From an uncultured Gammaproteobacteria bacterium (lineage in GTDB: Bacteria; Pseudomonadota; Gammaproteobacteria; Xanthomonadales; Rhodanobacteraceae): a DNA stretch of 64,000 nt. The position numbers and the translations under genes were made by a program. Where the stretch lies: the NCBI GenBank assembly GCA_963766595.1, contig CAVYAZ010000002.1:112924-176923 (forward strand), written 5' to 3'. The notes beneath the pieces are model-generated. The model saw only the letters and a program-made list of their open reading frames with translations, was not told where the DNA came from and did no database searches. Shown piece after piece: positions 35,852 to 46,187 of the stretch (the first letter of the stretch is position 1; each line of letters starts with the position of its first letter).

Positions 35852-36054
35852 CAGGGCTGAGGGCTGAGGGCCGAAAAGCGGCACCTCACGAAGCCGACCT
35901 CTGTTCCAGGTAACCATTCACGTAGAAACAGCAAATTTCCGCAACACGCTTTGATGCATTCAGCCCCCAGCCCTCGAACCTCGCGCCGAACTGGAAATAG
36001 CCGCCCGTAGCTCCACGTCGCCAATGCCCCCAGCCCTCAGCCCTCAGCCCTCAG
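35852..36054. repeat. Inverted heptamer arms (GGGCTGA)n / (CAGCCCT)n; the second arm is in frame in the DUF58 N-terminus
   Basis: 35852-35874, 35961-35973 and 36029-36054. Confidence 0.75.
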
Positions 36055-36977
36055 ATCTAAGCTCCATCAGTGTCACGCTGGCCGATCTCATCGCCATGCG
36101 CCAGCACGCGCGGCGCGAAGAGCACGCTGCCAGCAAGCGCGTCTTCGGCAGCCGCGCTGCCGCGCATGCATCGAAGCTGCGTGGACGAGGTGTGGACTAC
36201 GCTGAGTCGCGCAACTACCAGCCCGGTGACGACATCCGCCAGATGGACTGGCGCGTCACCGCGCGCACCGGCCGTCCGCACACCAAACTGTTCCAGGAGG
36301 AACGCGAGCGCAATACGCTGCTCGTCATCTCGCACAATCCCAGCATGCGCTTCGGCACGCGCGTGCGCTTCAAGTCGGTGCAGGCGGCGCGCCTGGCCGC
36401 GCTGATCGCCTGGTCGACGACGATGAGTGGCGATCGCGTCGGAGCAGTCGGCTACGGCCCGGCGCTCAACGCCGAAATCAAACCGGGGGGCGGCTCGCGC
36501 GGCGCATTGCGCGTCCTGCGCGCCTTGCACGAATGGGATGCGATCGCAGCGCAGGGACGCCTGGTCGTGCCGTTGTCGCGCGCGCTGCAACGCGCGCAGC
36601 GCCTCGCGCGGCCGGGCAGCCGCGTGATCCTGCTCGGCGACGGATTCGATTGCGATGCCGCGACCGAACCGGCGCTGTCGTTGCTGGCTCGCCACTGCGA
36701 TGTCGGCGCCGTGCTGCTCAGCGACCCGCTTGAACACGAGGCGCCGCCGCCGGCGCGCTATGCGCTGCACAGCGATCAGGGCCAGGTCCTGCTGGACTTT
36801 TCCACGGCAACGACGCGCAAGCGTTGGACCGAATTGTTCGAAGCGCGTCGCGCCCACTGGATCGACATGCTGCGCCGGCGCTCGCTGCGCTGGACGATGC
36901 TCGACACGCACGCCGAGCCGGAACTCGCGCTGCGCACGCTGCTTGGACAGCCGGCGCGCGGACGGGGCGTCGCGTGA
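36024..36977 (+). CDS. DUF58 domain protein (MoxR partner)
   Basis: RGRGVDYAESRNYQPGDDIRQMDWRVTAR...KLFQEERER; start uncertain because of the repeat. Confidence 0.9.
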   Translation: MPPALSPQPSDLSSISVTLADLIAMRQHARREEHAASKRVFGSRAAAHASKLRGRGVDYAESRNYQPGDDIRQMDWRVTARTGRPHTKLFQEERERNTLLVISHNPSMRFGTRVRFKSVQAARLAALIAWSTTMSGDRVGAVGYGPALNAEIKPGGGSRGALRVLRALHEWDAIAAQGRLVVPLSRALQRAQRLARPGSRVILLGDGFDCDAATEPALSLLARHCDVGAVLLSDPLEHEAPPPARYALHSDQGQVLLDFSTATTRKRWTELFEARRAHWIDMLRRRSLRWTMLDTHAEPELALRTLLGQPARGRGVA

Positions 36978-37465
36978 ACCCGCCGAACGCCGCGCCGGGC
37001 GGACCCGTGTTGCGGGACATCCACCTGCCACCGGCGCCAGGATGGTGGCCGCCGGCTCCCGGCTGGTGGTTGCTGGCCGCGATTGCCGTCGCTATTTCCA
37101 TTTGTATATTTGTTTACGCGCGCCGGAAATACCGGCAGCGGCGCTATCGGCGCGCGCTGATGGCCGAACTGGACCGTTGCATCGGCGAGGCGCGTGGCGA
37201 TCCTTCCGCGCTCGCCGCCGCGCTGTCGCGCTACCTGCGCCGGCTCTCGCGCCAGACAACACCGGCTGCTGCCACGCTCGCCGGCGAACGCTGGCTCGAG
37301 CATCTGGATGCGTGCGCGGAAACGAAAGAGTTCACATCCGGCGTCGGCCGCATCTTGATCGAGGCGCCATATCGCCCGGCGCCTGCCTACGATACGGCTG
37401 CGCTGATCGCCTTGGTGCGGCGCTGGGTGCGCGGCATGCTCGACCGGCACGTCGTCCATGCTTGA
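36974..37465 (+). CDS. DUF4381 family membrane protein
   Basis: LRDIHLPPAPGWWPPAPGWW motif; GTG start overlapping the DUF58 stop. Confidence 0.88.
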   Translation: MNPPNAAPGGPVLRDIHLPPAPGWWPPAPGWWLLAAIAVAISICIFVYARRKYRQRRYRRALMAELDRCIGEARGDPSALAAALSRYLRRLSRQTTPAAATLAGERWLEHLDACAETKEFTSGVGRILIEAPYRPAPAYDTAALIALVRRWVRGMLDRHVVHA

Positions 37466-38480
37466 GTGGGCCTGGCCATGGCTGTTTGTCGCGCTGCCGC
37501 TGCCGTGGCTGGTCGCGCGCCTGTGGCAGCCGGCACACACGCAGGCGAGCGCCGCATTGCGTTTGCCGTACGCGCTCGAAGGCCTCGACGCGGCAACCGG
37601 CGCTAACCCGGTGTCGCGCTGGCGGCGCGTGCTGGCGATCCTCGCCTGGTGCGCGCTGGTGGTTGCCGCCGCTCGTCCACAATGGGTCGGCGAAGCCGAG
37701 GCATTGCCGCGCAGCGGTCGCGATCTGCTGCTGGCGGTCGACGCTTCGGGCAGCATGAGCATCCAGGACATGGCCATCGGCGGCCGCGCCACGACGCGAT
37801 ACAGCGCGGTCAAGGCGATCGCCGGCGATTTCATCAAGCGCCGCGTGGGTGATCGCGTCGGCCTGATCGTATTCGGCACTCAGGCCTATCTCCTGACGCC
37901 CCTGACGTTCGATCGCGACACGGTGTTCAAGCAGCTCGACGAATCCGCAATCGGATTGCCCGGCAAGGAAACCGCAATCGGCGATGCGGTCGGGCTGGCG
38001 ATCAAGCGGCTGCGCGACCGTCCGCTCGACCGGCGCGTGCTGATCCTGCTGACCGATGGCGTCAATGATGCCGGCGAACTCGATCCGCGCAAGGCGATCG
38101 ACCTGGCCGTCTCCGAGCAGGTGAAGATCTATACGATTGGCATCGGTGCCGACTCGATGCGCGTCGATGGTTTCTTCGGCAGCCAGGTCGTCAATCCGTC
38201 GGCCGACATCGACGAGAAGATGCTGACGACGATGGCCGACAAGACCGGCGGCCGCTTCTTCCGCGCGCGCAACACGGCCGAACTTGCGCAGATCTACGGC
38301 GAGATCGACCGGCTCGAACCCAGCGCCGACGCGCAGCAGCAGTTCCGTCCGGTCGACGAGATCTTCTACTGGCCGCTGTCCGCGGCGGCGTTGCTGGCGC
38401 TGTTCGCCACGTTGCTCGCGTTGCCAAGTCCGCGAGCGCTGGCGAAGGGGGCCGCGACTGCGCAGGTAACGACACGATGA
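37458..38480 (+). CDS. BatA-like vWA domain protein
   Basis: AWPWLFVALPLP N-terminal TM, DASGS MIDAS, GDRVGLIVFG, LTDG, YTIGIG. Confidence 0.9.
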   Translation: MLEWAWPWLFVALPLPWLVARLWQPAHTQASAALRLPYALEGLDAATGANPVSRWRRVLAILAWCALVVAAARPQWVGEAEALPRSGRDLLLAVDASGSMSIQDMAIGGRATTRYSAVKAIAGDFIKRRVGDRVGLIVFGTQAYLLTPLTFDRDTVFKQLDESAIGLPGKETAIGDAVGLAIKRLRDRPLDRRVLILLTDGVNDAGELDPRKAIDLAVSEQVKIYTIGIGADSMRVDGFFGSQVVNPSADIDEKMLTTMADKTGGRFFRARNTAELAQIYGEIDRLEPSADAQQQFRPVDEIFYWPLSAAALLALFATLLALPSPRALAKGAATAQVTTR

Positions 38481-40444
38481 GCTGGCTCGGCGACTTCCAT
38501 TTCCTGCGTCCGTGGTGGTTGCTCGCGCTGGTTGCGCTGCCGCTGCTGTGGCGTTTGTTGCGCCAGGGTGATGCCGGCGCTGAAGCGTGGCGCGGCGCAG
38601 TCGACGCGCATCTGCTCGAACACTTGCTCGTGCGCGGCAAGGCCGAGCGCGGCGTGTCGCCGCACTGGCTCGTCGCTGGCGCATGGCTGCTCGGCTGCAT
38701 TGCGCTGGCCGGTCCAGCCTGGGAACGCCTGCCGCAGCCGCTCTTCCAGAACCGCGCTGCGCGCGTGATTGCACTGGAACTCGCGCCGAGCATGCTCGCG
38801 CAGGACGTCAAGCCGAGCCGCGCCGAGCGCGCGCGCTACAAGATCGCCGACATCCTGCGCCGCAGCGGCGACGCGCAGACCGCGTTGATCGCCTACGCCG
38901 GCGATGCATTCGTCGTCGCTCCGCTGACCGACGACTCGAATACGGTGGCCAATCTCGTCGATGCGCTCGAGCCGAGCATCATGCCGGCGGCCGGCAACGA
39001 CACGGGCCGCGCGATCGATCTCGGCGTAAAACTCGTGCAACAGGCCGGCCTGCGCGAAGGCGAGATCGTTCTTGTCGCCGACGCGGCCGGCAAGGATGCG
39101 GTCACCGCCGCAACTCGCGCGCTTGCGGCCGGTGTGCGCGTGTCGGCGCTCGGTATCGGTACGACGCAGGGCGCGCCAATTTCGATGACCGGCGGAGGGT
39201 TCCTCAAGGACTCGGCCGGCAATATTTCTATGCCCCGGCTCGACGCCGGGGGGCTGGCCGCGGTGGCGACCGCCGGTGGCGGACGGTACGCCACGTACAG
39301 CAGCGACGCGCACGATCTGGACAGCGTGCTCGACGATCTGCGTCCGCACGCGGCCGAAGAAGCGACGGCGGTCGATGCGCAGACCTCGCGCTTCCTCGAC
39401 CGCGGTCCGTGGTTGCTGCTGTTGCTCGTCCCGCTCGCCGCGCTCGGATTCCGGCGCGGGTGGCTGATGCTGCTGCCGTTGCTCGCGCTCGCGCAGCCGC
39501 AGCGCGCCGACGCGATGAGCTGGGCCGACCTGTGGTCGCGGCCGGATCAGCAGGCGCAGGCGGCGCTCGATGCCGGCGACGCCAAGCAAGCGCAGGCGCT
39601 CGCGCGCGATCCGCAGCTGCGCGGCAGCGCCGCTTACCGCGCCGACGACTACGCCGCCGCGGCGCAGGACTTCGATCGGCCGGAAAATGCCAACGCGCAA
39701 TACAACCTCGGCAACGCGCTGGCCAAGCAGAACAGATTTCCCGAAGCGATCGCCGCCTACGACCGCGCGTTGAAACAGAGTCCGCAACTGCCCGATGCCG
39801 CCGAAAACCGCAAGGCGGTCGAAGACTGGATGAAAAAACAGCAACAGCAGCAGAAGCAGCAGGGCAACGACCATCACACCGGCAACAACAGCGACCAGAG
39901 CCAGCAGAGTTCCGGCGGCGCCGACGAGTCGCAGCAGCCGCAGGACGACAAGGACCAGCAATCCGGTTCCAACGACGAGAAATCCGGCCAGGAAAACGCC
40001 GACCAGTCCGGCGACCAGCAGAGTGGCGAACAGCAGGGCAAGTCGCAGGACGGCAAGGAGCAGAACGGCGAGCAGGGCAAGCCACAGGGCGGCGGCGACG
40101 ACAAGGACACCCAGAGATCCGGCAACGCGCAATCCTCGGCCGACGACAAGTCGGGCAAGGGTCAGGCGAAGATGCAGCCGGAGTCGCAGGCCGCCGAACA
40201 GAAGGCGCAGCAGGAGTTCCAGCAGTCGATGGACCAGGCGCTGAAGAACGGCGCCGAGTCGAAGGACCAGAAGCCCGTGCGTCTCGGTGCGCAGGACGCC
40301 GGCACGCACAACGAAAAACAGCAGGCGGTCGAGCAATGGCTGCAGCGCGTTCCAGACGATCCGGGCGGATTGCTGCGGCGCAAGTTCCAGCTCGAAGCCT
40401 TGCGCCGCCAGCAAGGCGGACAGATCCCCGGAGACAGCCCATGA
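38477..40444 (+). CDS. BatB/BatC-like vWA + TPR protein with a Q/D/S-rich low-complexity tail
   Basis: FHFLRPWWLL, AYAGDAFVVAPLTDD, YNLGNALA TPR, EQWLQRVPDDPGGLLRRKF. Confidence 0.9.
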   Translation: MSWLGDFHFLRPWWLLALVALPLLWRLLRQGDAGAEAWRGAVDAHLLEHLLVRGKAERGVSPHWLVAGAWLLGCIALAGPAWERLPQPLFQNRAARVIALELAPSMLAQDVKPSRAERARYKIADILRRSGDAQTALIAYAGDAFVVAPLTDDSNTVANLVDALEPSIMPAAGNDTGRAIDLGVKLVQQAGLREGEIVLVADAAGKDAVTAATRALAAGVRVSALGIGTTQGAPISMTGGGFLKDSAGNISMPRLDAGGLAAVATAGGGRYATYSSDAHDLDSVLDDLRPHAAEEATAVDAQTSRFLDRGPWLLLLLVPLAALGFRRGWLMLLPLLALAQPQRADAMSWADLWSRPDQQAQAALDAGDAKQAQALARDPQLRGSAAYRADDYAAAAQDFDRPENANAQYNLGNALAKQNRFPEAIAAYDRALKQSPQLPDAAENRKAVEDWMKKQQQQQKQQGNDHHTGNNSDQSQQSSGGADESQQPQDDKDQQSGSNDEKSGQENADQSGDQQSGEQQGKSQDGKEQNGEQGKPQGGGDDKDTQRSGNAQSSADDKSGKGQAKMQPESQAAEQKAQQEFQQSMDQALKNGAESKDQKPVRLGAQDAGTHNEKQQAVEQWLQRVPDDPGGLLRRKFQLEALRRQQGGQIPGDSP

Positions 40445-42177
40445 ACGCCCGGTTGCTGCGCATCGCCGGACTGCTCGGCTTTGCCGCATTGTGGATTTGT
40501 GAAAGCGCCGCCGCGGCGCCCGAGGCGCGCGCCTGGCTCGACCGCAACAACATGCACATCGGCGAAACCGTGACGCTGAACGTCGAAGTCAGCGGCGATA
40601 CCGGTGCGAAGCAGCCGGATTTTTCCGTGCTGCAGAACGATTTCGAGATGCTCGGCACGCAGAGCCAGACATCGATGAGCATCGTCAATGGCGAATCCAA
40701 CTCCAAATTGTTGTGGGCGGTCGGCTTGCAGCCCAAGCGCACCGGCACGCTGACAATCCCGGCGTTTGCGATCGACAACGCGAAGACGCAGGCCGTCTCG
40801 CTGACCGTGCTGCCTGCGCAGGCCGGCGCAGTCGGCAAGGCCGGCGACGATGTCTTCGTCGATGCCGAGGCGACACCGCGTTCGCCATACGTCCAGCAGG
40901 AAGTCCGCCTGACCGTGAAGTTGTTCTACGCGCTGAACCTGACCGACGGAAACCTCGACGATCCGAAAGTCGAAGGCCTGGTCGTGCGCAAGCTCGGCCA
41001 GGACAGCAACTACACGGCCGAAGTCGACCATCGCCGCTATCGCGTGGTCGAACGCCACTACGCGATCAGTGCCGAAAACAGCGGCGCGCTCGAGATTCCG
41101 GCGATCGCCTTCCGCGGCCACGCATTCGGCCCCGGCGACCTGAACAGTTTTTTCAGCCGCGGCCAAGGCATATCGGCGCAATCCGAAGCGATCACGCTCG
41201 ACGTTCGCGCGCGTCCGCCGGAATCCGGCGGCGACGTGTGGCTGCCGGCGCAATCGCTGACCTTGAGCGCCGAAGGCGTCGATGCCAACTCGTCGGTCCA
41301 CGTCGGCGAACCGGTGACACTGACCTTGCGCCTGAAGGCGCAGGGCCTGGGCTTCGAACAACTGCCGGAACTGAAGCTGCCGAAGATCGATGGCGCCGAC
41401 ATCTATCCGGACAAGGAAGCCACGCAGAATCGCGACGATGGCAGCTGGCAATACGGGACGCGCGAGCGCAAGTTCGCGATCGTGCCGTCGCGCGCCGGCA
41501 CGCTGCAAATTCCTCAAATCAGCATCGCCTGGTGGGACACCGCACACGATCGTGCGGCGATCAGTGAAGTCCCGGCGCTGAACATTCCGATCGAACCGGC
41601 CCAGGGCACCGCAACGCCTGAACCGGCACGGCCGGTCGCGCCGGCCCCGTCCAGTGAGGCGCCGGCCAATGCAGCCCCGGCATTGGCTCCAATTACGGCG
41701 ACGTCCGATCTGGAGTTGCGCCAATGGCGCATTGTCGCGTTTGCGGCAATCGCGTTGTGGATCGTCACCGGCGTCACCGCGATCATCTGGCTGCTCGCGC
41801 GTCGGCGCGCGCGCGCGCGCGTGAGCACTCCGCAAGATCAGCCCTCCTCGAATTCCGCCGGCGGCAACGAGTTCCGCGCCGCCTGCACGCGTGGTGACCT
41901 GCCGACTGCTGCGCGCGCGCTGCTGAACTGGGCGCGGCGCGAACGACCGGCGTTGCGCAACCTTGGCGAACTGGCGCGTGCCGTCACCGATGCGAAGCAG
42001 GCCGCCGTGCTCGCCGAACTCGAACGAGCGCTATATGCGAGCGAATCGGCGGCAACGGATGCAACGCTCGCTTCGCGTCTTTCGCAAGCGTTTCGTTCCG
42101 GTTTTGCCTTCGCCAACATCCGCGGCAAGCATGCCGACGAGCCGGTGTTGGCGGAACTTTATCCGTTCAAGATCTGA
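40441..42177 (+). CDS. BatD family protein
   Basis: Signal peptide, GETVTLNV, YVQQEVRLTVKL, VHVGEPVTL, IYPD; the annotated 1196-aa ORF is an upstream extension of this gene. Confidence 0.88.
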   Translation: MNARLLRIAGLLGFAALWICESAAAAPEARAWLDRNNMHIGETVTLNVEVSGDTGAKQPDFSVLQNDFEMLGTQSQTSMSIVNGESNSKLLWAVGLQPKRTGTLTIPAFAIDNAKTQAVSLTVLPAQAGAVGKAGDDVFVDAEATPRSPYVQQEVRLTVKLFYALNLTDGNLDDPKVEGLVVRKLGQDSNYTAEVDHRRYRVVERHYAISAENSGALEIPAIAFRGHAFGPGDLNSFFSRGQGISAQSEAITLDVRARPPESGGDVWLPAQSLTLSAEGVDANSSVHVGEPVTLTLRLKAQGLGFEQLPELKLPKIDGADIYPDKEATQNRDDGSWQYGTRERKFAIVPSRAGTLQIPQISIAWWDTAHDRAAISEVPALNIPIEPAQGTATPEPARPVAPAPSSEAPANAAPALAPITATSDLELRQWRIVAFAAIALWIVTGVTAIIWLLARRRARARVSTPQDQPSSNSAGGNEFRAACTRGDLPTAARALLNWARRERPALRNLGELARAVTDAKQAAVLAELERALYASESAATDATLASRLSQAFRSGFAFANIRGKHADEPVLAELYPFKI

Positions 42178-42476
42178 CAGGAACGATGGGGCAAGCCGGA
42201 TATTCGTTGCGATCTTGTGGCTGCGTCGACGCGCGAATTGTCGACCACGGCTTGTCGACCCGCTCGATAGAACCTACGGGAACAGCGCCACAGCGCCGTG
42301 GCGCACCCGGACCGACCGCCTCGTGTACCATCCTTCGGTACGGCTAGTGACGGTAATGTGAGGTTCGGAGCAGCTTGTGAGTCTCTAGCCGCGTTTGCCC
42401 CCATCCGCCCCACCTCCATGCGCTGCATGCGAGGCAGAAATTTGCAAGCGTGTTTGTGGCGCATGAAGGTGGGGCA

Positions 42477-42501
42477 CCTTCCCCCACTTAGCAGGGGAAG
42501 G
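42477..42501. repeat. Single REP-like palindrome CCTTCCCC...GGGGAAGG
   Basis: 8-bp inverted repeat preceded by GCA, similar to the 6946-6966 unit. Confidence 0.5.
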
Positions 42502-42561
42502 AAAAGCGACGTACTACTGCTTCGAAAAACGTTACACGCTACCAGTCCACGAGGATCGCGC

Positions 42562-43848
42562 ATGAAACTTTCCCTGCCCGCAAAAGTGCTGATCGGCTTC
42601 GTCGGCGGATCGGTGGCGGGCGCCGCGGCATTCTGGTGGACGCAGCATGGCGGCGAGGCCGGCGTGATCACGGTCATCGTCGAGTCGATCACGCAGCCCG
42701 CCGGCCAGCTGTTCCTGAAATTCCTCAAGATGCTCGTGCTGCCGCTGATGTTCTCGGCGCTCGTCGTCGGCGTGACCGAGATCGGCGACATCGCCAGCCT
42801 CGGCCGCATCGGCTGGCGCATGCTGTTCTACACCGCGCTGCTGACCAGCATCGCTATCGCCGTCGGCCTGCTTGTCATCAACCTCATCCAGCCCGGCGTC
42901 GGCTTCGATCCGGCGATCCGTGACAGCCTGCTTGCCGCGAACACGCAGGCCGCGCACGAGATCACGGCGACCAAGCCGACTCTGTCCGGCGTGCAGATCA
43001 TCATGGGCATCGTGCCGGACAATCCGATCAAGGCGGCGGCGAACGGCGACTTCCTCGCCGTGATGTTCTTCGCCGTGATGCTCGGCATCGCGCTGGTGCT
43101 CAAGCAGACGCCGGCGACCGTGACGTTCAAGGACACGGTTCAGGGCCTGCTCGACCTCGTCATGAAGCTGATGGAGCTGATCATCCGCCTGACGCCGTAT
43201 GCGGTCGCTGCGTTGATGTTCTCGCTTACCGCGCGCTTCGGCACCGACATCCTCGGGCGCCTTGGCGTCTACGCGTTCTGCGTCGTGCTGGCGATCGCCA
43301 TCCACATGTTCGTCGTGCTGCCGCTGTGGGTGCGTTATGTCGGCGGAATGAACGTGCTGTACTTCTTCCGCGGCAGCGAGGCGGCGATCATCACCGCGTT
43401 CTCGACCGCGTCGTCGACCGGCACGCTGCCGACGACGCTGAAAGTTGCCGAGGAAAACCTCAAGCTGCCGCCGCAGATCGCGCGCTTCGTGCTGACGATC
43501 GGCGCCAGCGCGAATCATCACGGCACCGCGCTGTTCGAGGGCTTGACGACACTGTTTCTCGCGCAATGCTTCGGCGTCGATCTCGGCATCGGCCAGCAGA
43601 TCATCGTGCTCGGGCTTTGCATCGTCGGTTCGATTGGCACGGCCGGCGTGCCAGCCGGATCGCTGCCGGTCATCGCCGTGATCCTCGGCTACCTGCACCT
43701 GCCGCCGGAAGGCATCGGCATTATTCTCGGCGTCGACCGCTTCCTCGACATGTGCCGCACGGCGCTGAACGTGACCGGCGACCTTGCGACGGCCGTCGTC
43801 GTTTCGCGCCCCGAAATGGCGGCGCGGCAGATCGAAGCGGGTGCGTGA
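42562..43848 (+). CDS. Dicarboxylate/amino acid:cation symporter (DAACS/GltP family)
   Basis: FLKFLKMLVLPL, IVPDNP, AFSTASSTGTLP, GVDRFLDMCRTALNVTGD. Confidence 0.93.
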   Translation: MKLSLPAKVLIGFVGGSVAGAAAFWWTQHGGEAGVITVIVESITQPAGQLFLKFLKMLVLPLMFSALVVGVTEIGDIASLGRIGWRMLFYTALLTSIAIAVGLLVINLIQPGVGFDPAIRDSLLAANTQAAHEITATKPTLSGVQIIMGIVPDNPIKAAANGDFLAVMFFAVMLGIALVLKQTPATVTFKDTVQGLLDLVMKLMELIIRLTPYAVAALMFSLTARFGTDILGRLGVYAFCVVLAIAIHMFVVLPLWVRYVGGMNVLYFFRGSEAAIITAFSTASSTGTLPTTLKVAEENLKLPPQIARFVLTIGASANHHGTALFEGLTTLFLAQCFGVDLGIGQQIIVLGLCIVGSIGTAGVPAGSLPVIAVILGYLHLPPEGIGIILGVDRFLDMCRTALNVTGDLATAVVVSRPEMAARQIEAGA

Positions 43849-44011
43849 CGCGTGGCAGTCTGCCGCGCGCGCCGTCGTTCAGAGCAGGCGCTCGGCCGAG
43901 CACATCACGCTCCAGTAGAACCACGCGCTCCCGGCGATGATGCCGGCGGCGAAAAGCAAACAGGCGCCGAGGTCGAGGCGATCCGGATCGTTGTCCATGA
44001 TGTAGCCGTGA

Positions 44012-44680
44012 CTACCTGCTGGCCAGTTGGTCGCCGTGCTTCTGCTTCAGCGAATCGAGCAGCGCGAGCGCCTGCGCGCGGCGGCCGGCGTCGGCGTCCT
44101 CGCGTCCGGGACGCGGCGGCGCGGCGAGTGCGTGGTTGAGGTATTCGGCCGAACGCGCGTACTGACCCTGGTCGGCAAGGAAATCGGCATAGAAATAGTT
44201 CGCGTCGATGTCGTTCGGCGCGATGGCGATCGCTTTCTCGAAGCATTTCATCGCTTCCTTCTTGTCGCCAAAGCCGATCGGCCATCCGGGCACCTTCGCG
44301 TACAGGCTGCCGAGCGAGCTGTAGATCGAGCCGTTCATCGCATTCGGATCGATCGCTTCGGCGGCGAGCAGAAGATCGCGCGATTGCTTGGCCTTGTGCA
44401 GCGCGCCCAGGCCGCTCTCGGTGCTGGCCGCGCTGGCCAGCACGATCGCTTCCCAGATCAGCGGCTCGGCCTTGCCCGGAAACGATTCGACGACCTGTTG
44501 CGACTTTGCAATGACGGCGCTGAATGCAGCGTCCCTGTCGGCGGCGGGGGTCTGATAGGAAACGCGCGCCCAGTCGTGCGCGACGTCCGCGATCGCCTGG
44601 TCGAATGGTGGCGTTGCCGCCGATGCGGCGATGCTGGTTGACATGAACAATACGGATGCAGCGAGTGATTTGCGAAACAT
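44012..44680 (-). CDS. Exported TPR-like protein
   Basis: Signal peptide; helical repeats; LGSLYAKVPGWPIGFGDKKEA; last gene of the operon. Confidence 0.8.
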   Translation of the reverse strand: MFRKSLAASVLFMSTSIAASAATPPFDQAIADVAHDWARVSYQTPAADRDAAFSAVIAKSQQVVESFPGKAEPLIWEAIVLASAASTESGLGALHKAKQSRDLLLAAEAIDPNAMNGSIYSSLGSLYAKVPGWPIGFGDKKEAMKCFEKAIAIAPNDIDANYFYADFLADQGQYARSAEYLNHALAAPPRPGREDADAGRRAQALALLDSLKQKHGDQLASR

Positions 44681-44708
44681 GACGGATTCCTCGGTTGGGG
44701 ATGGAAGC

Positions 44709-45515
44709 TCAGCGGCCGCGCTCTGTGGCGAACGGCCGCATCTGATCGACCTGTTTCATCAGCGGCAGGTCGACGAGCCGGGGCAAAATGGAATTGACGC
44801 GGACGAAGAGTTTCTCGGGCCAGCCCAGATAACGGTTGCGGCCGTCGCTTTCGATCGCGCGCAGCACGCTTGCGGCAACGCTGGCCGGCTCGTCCTGGTT
44901 CATCCTGAGCGCGCTCGCCATGCGGTTGACCGCGCTGCGGTTGAATGCAGTCCGGGTGAAGCGCGGTGCCACGTAGGTGACGCCGACGCCGGTTCCGGTC
45001 AACTCGCGCCTGAGCGCTTCGGAAAAGCCGCGCAGTGCGAATTTGCTCGCCGAGTACGAGGCGAAGCACGGAAATCCGATCGAACCAAAGATCGATCCGA
45101 CATTGACGATCTGGCCACTCTGGCGGGCGAGCATATGCGGCAGCACTGCGTTCACCAAGGCGATCGGCGCGATCGTGTTGACCCGGAACAGCGCCGCGGT
45201 GTCGGATGCCGCCTCGTCGGCGAAGAAACCGAAGTTCTGTACGCCGGCGCAGTTGATCAGGATGTCGATGCCGTCGACCTGTTCCAGCGCGCGCGCGACG
45301 AGCGCGGCCGGCTGTCCGGGTTCGGTGATGTCGGCGGCAACCTGACGGATTCTCGCCCGCGTGTACTGCAGGTCGCTGGCGAGCGATTGCAGCTTTACCG
45401 CGTCCCTGCCGGCCAGGATTACGCCAGCGCCGCGCTCGGCCAGTTGCCTGGCGATCGCGCTGCCGATGCCGCCGGTGGCGCCGGTGATGAGTACCGTACT
45501 GGTGGGAATTTTCAT
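44709..45515 (-). CDS. Short-chain dehydrogenase/reductase
   Basis: TGATGGIG, NCAG, YSASK. Confidence 0.93.
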   Translation of the reverse strand: MKIPTSTVLITGATGGIGSAIARQLAERGAGVILAGRDAVKLQSLASDLQYTRARIRQVAADITEPGQPAALVARALEQVDGIDILINCAGVQNFGFFADEAASDTAALFRVNTIAPIALVNAVLPHMLARQSGQIVNVGSIFGSIGFPCFASYSASKFALRGFSEALRRELTGTGVGVTYVAPRFTRTAFNRSAVNRMASALRMNQDEPASVAASVLRAIESDGRNRYLGWPEKLFVRVNSILPRLVDLPLMKQVDQMRPFATERGR

Positions 45516-46171
45516 GCATGCTCCTCGCTGCCGATGCCGCGCAGGACGTTGCCGTAGAGGCGGAAGAAGGTCTTTGTGCTGTCCTGCACGGAGCGGCGGT
45601 CCGCCTCGGTTTCCAGGCGATTGACGACGTTCTCGAAATGGCCGATGTGCTCGACATCGAGATCACCATGGCTGCGCAGATACGTGAACGCGCTGGCCGG
45701 CAATTCGAGCGATTCCTGCAGCAGCGCGGCGAGTTTCGACGCCAGGCTGACGCTAGTGCCTTCGAGCACATAGACCATGCCGAACAGCCCGACCGGATTG
45801 CGCCGCAGCACCGTGTCGTAGGCGTACGCGACCATCACGTCGGTGTCGAAGTCGGGCTGGCTGTCGCGCACGGCGTCGGCATCCCCGCCGGCCGCGGCGA
45901 TGTCTTCGAGGATCCATTCGTGATGACCGGTTTCTTCTTCGATGTAATGCGCAAGCGCCGCGCGGAGCCACGCCTGCTGTCCGGACATGCGTGCGTCGCA
46001 CGCGCGCAGCAGTTCCGGCGTGTGCCGGACGTGATGAAACGCGCGTTGCAGAAAGCGCAGGTACTGCGGGCGGTCGACGCGTCCCTGGAGCGCCGACGTG
46101 ATGATCGGAGTAGCGAGCAGGGCGGCTCGTTCGCTTGCCGTGTTGTGCTGGAGCAACGGGTAGAAATCCAT
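45512..46171 (-). CDS. Heme-oxygenase-like diiron enzyme (iron-containing redox enzyme, TenA/PqqC/CADD-like)
   Basis: EEETGHHEW, YVLEGTS, HGDLDVEH candidate metal ligands; 219 aa from MDFYPLL. Confidence 0.82.
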   Translation of the reverse strand: MDFYPLLQHNTASERAALLATPIITSALQGRVDRPQYLRFLQRAFHHVRHTPELLRACDARMSGQQAWLRAALAHYIEEETGHHEWILEDIAAAGGDADAVRDSQPDFDTDVMVAYAYDTVLRRNPVGLFGMVYVLEGTSVSLASKLAALLQESLELPASAFTYLRSHGDLDVEHIGHFENVVNRLETEADRRSVQDSTKTFFRLYGNVLRGIGSEEHA

Positions 46172-46187
46172 GTCGTGCGGGTTTGTC

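Noticed and set aside
39840-40210. Q/D/S-rich repetitive stretch as a repeat element or insertion
   Set aside because: In-frame low-complexity linker commonly seen in BatB/BatC-type TPR proteins.
38587-42177. 1196-aa ORF as a giant fusion protein
   Set aside because: The first ~618 codons are an alternative frame of the vWA/TPR gene. BatD starts at ATG 40441 with a signal peptide and an ATGA overlap.
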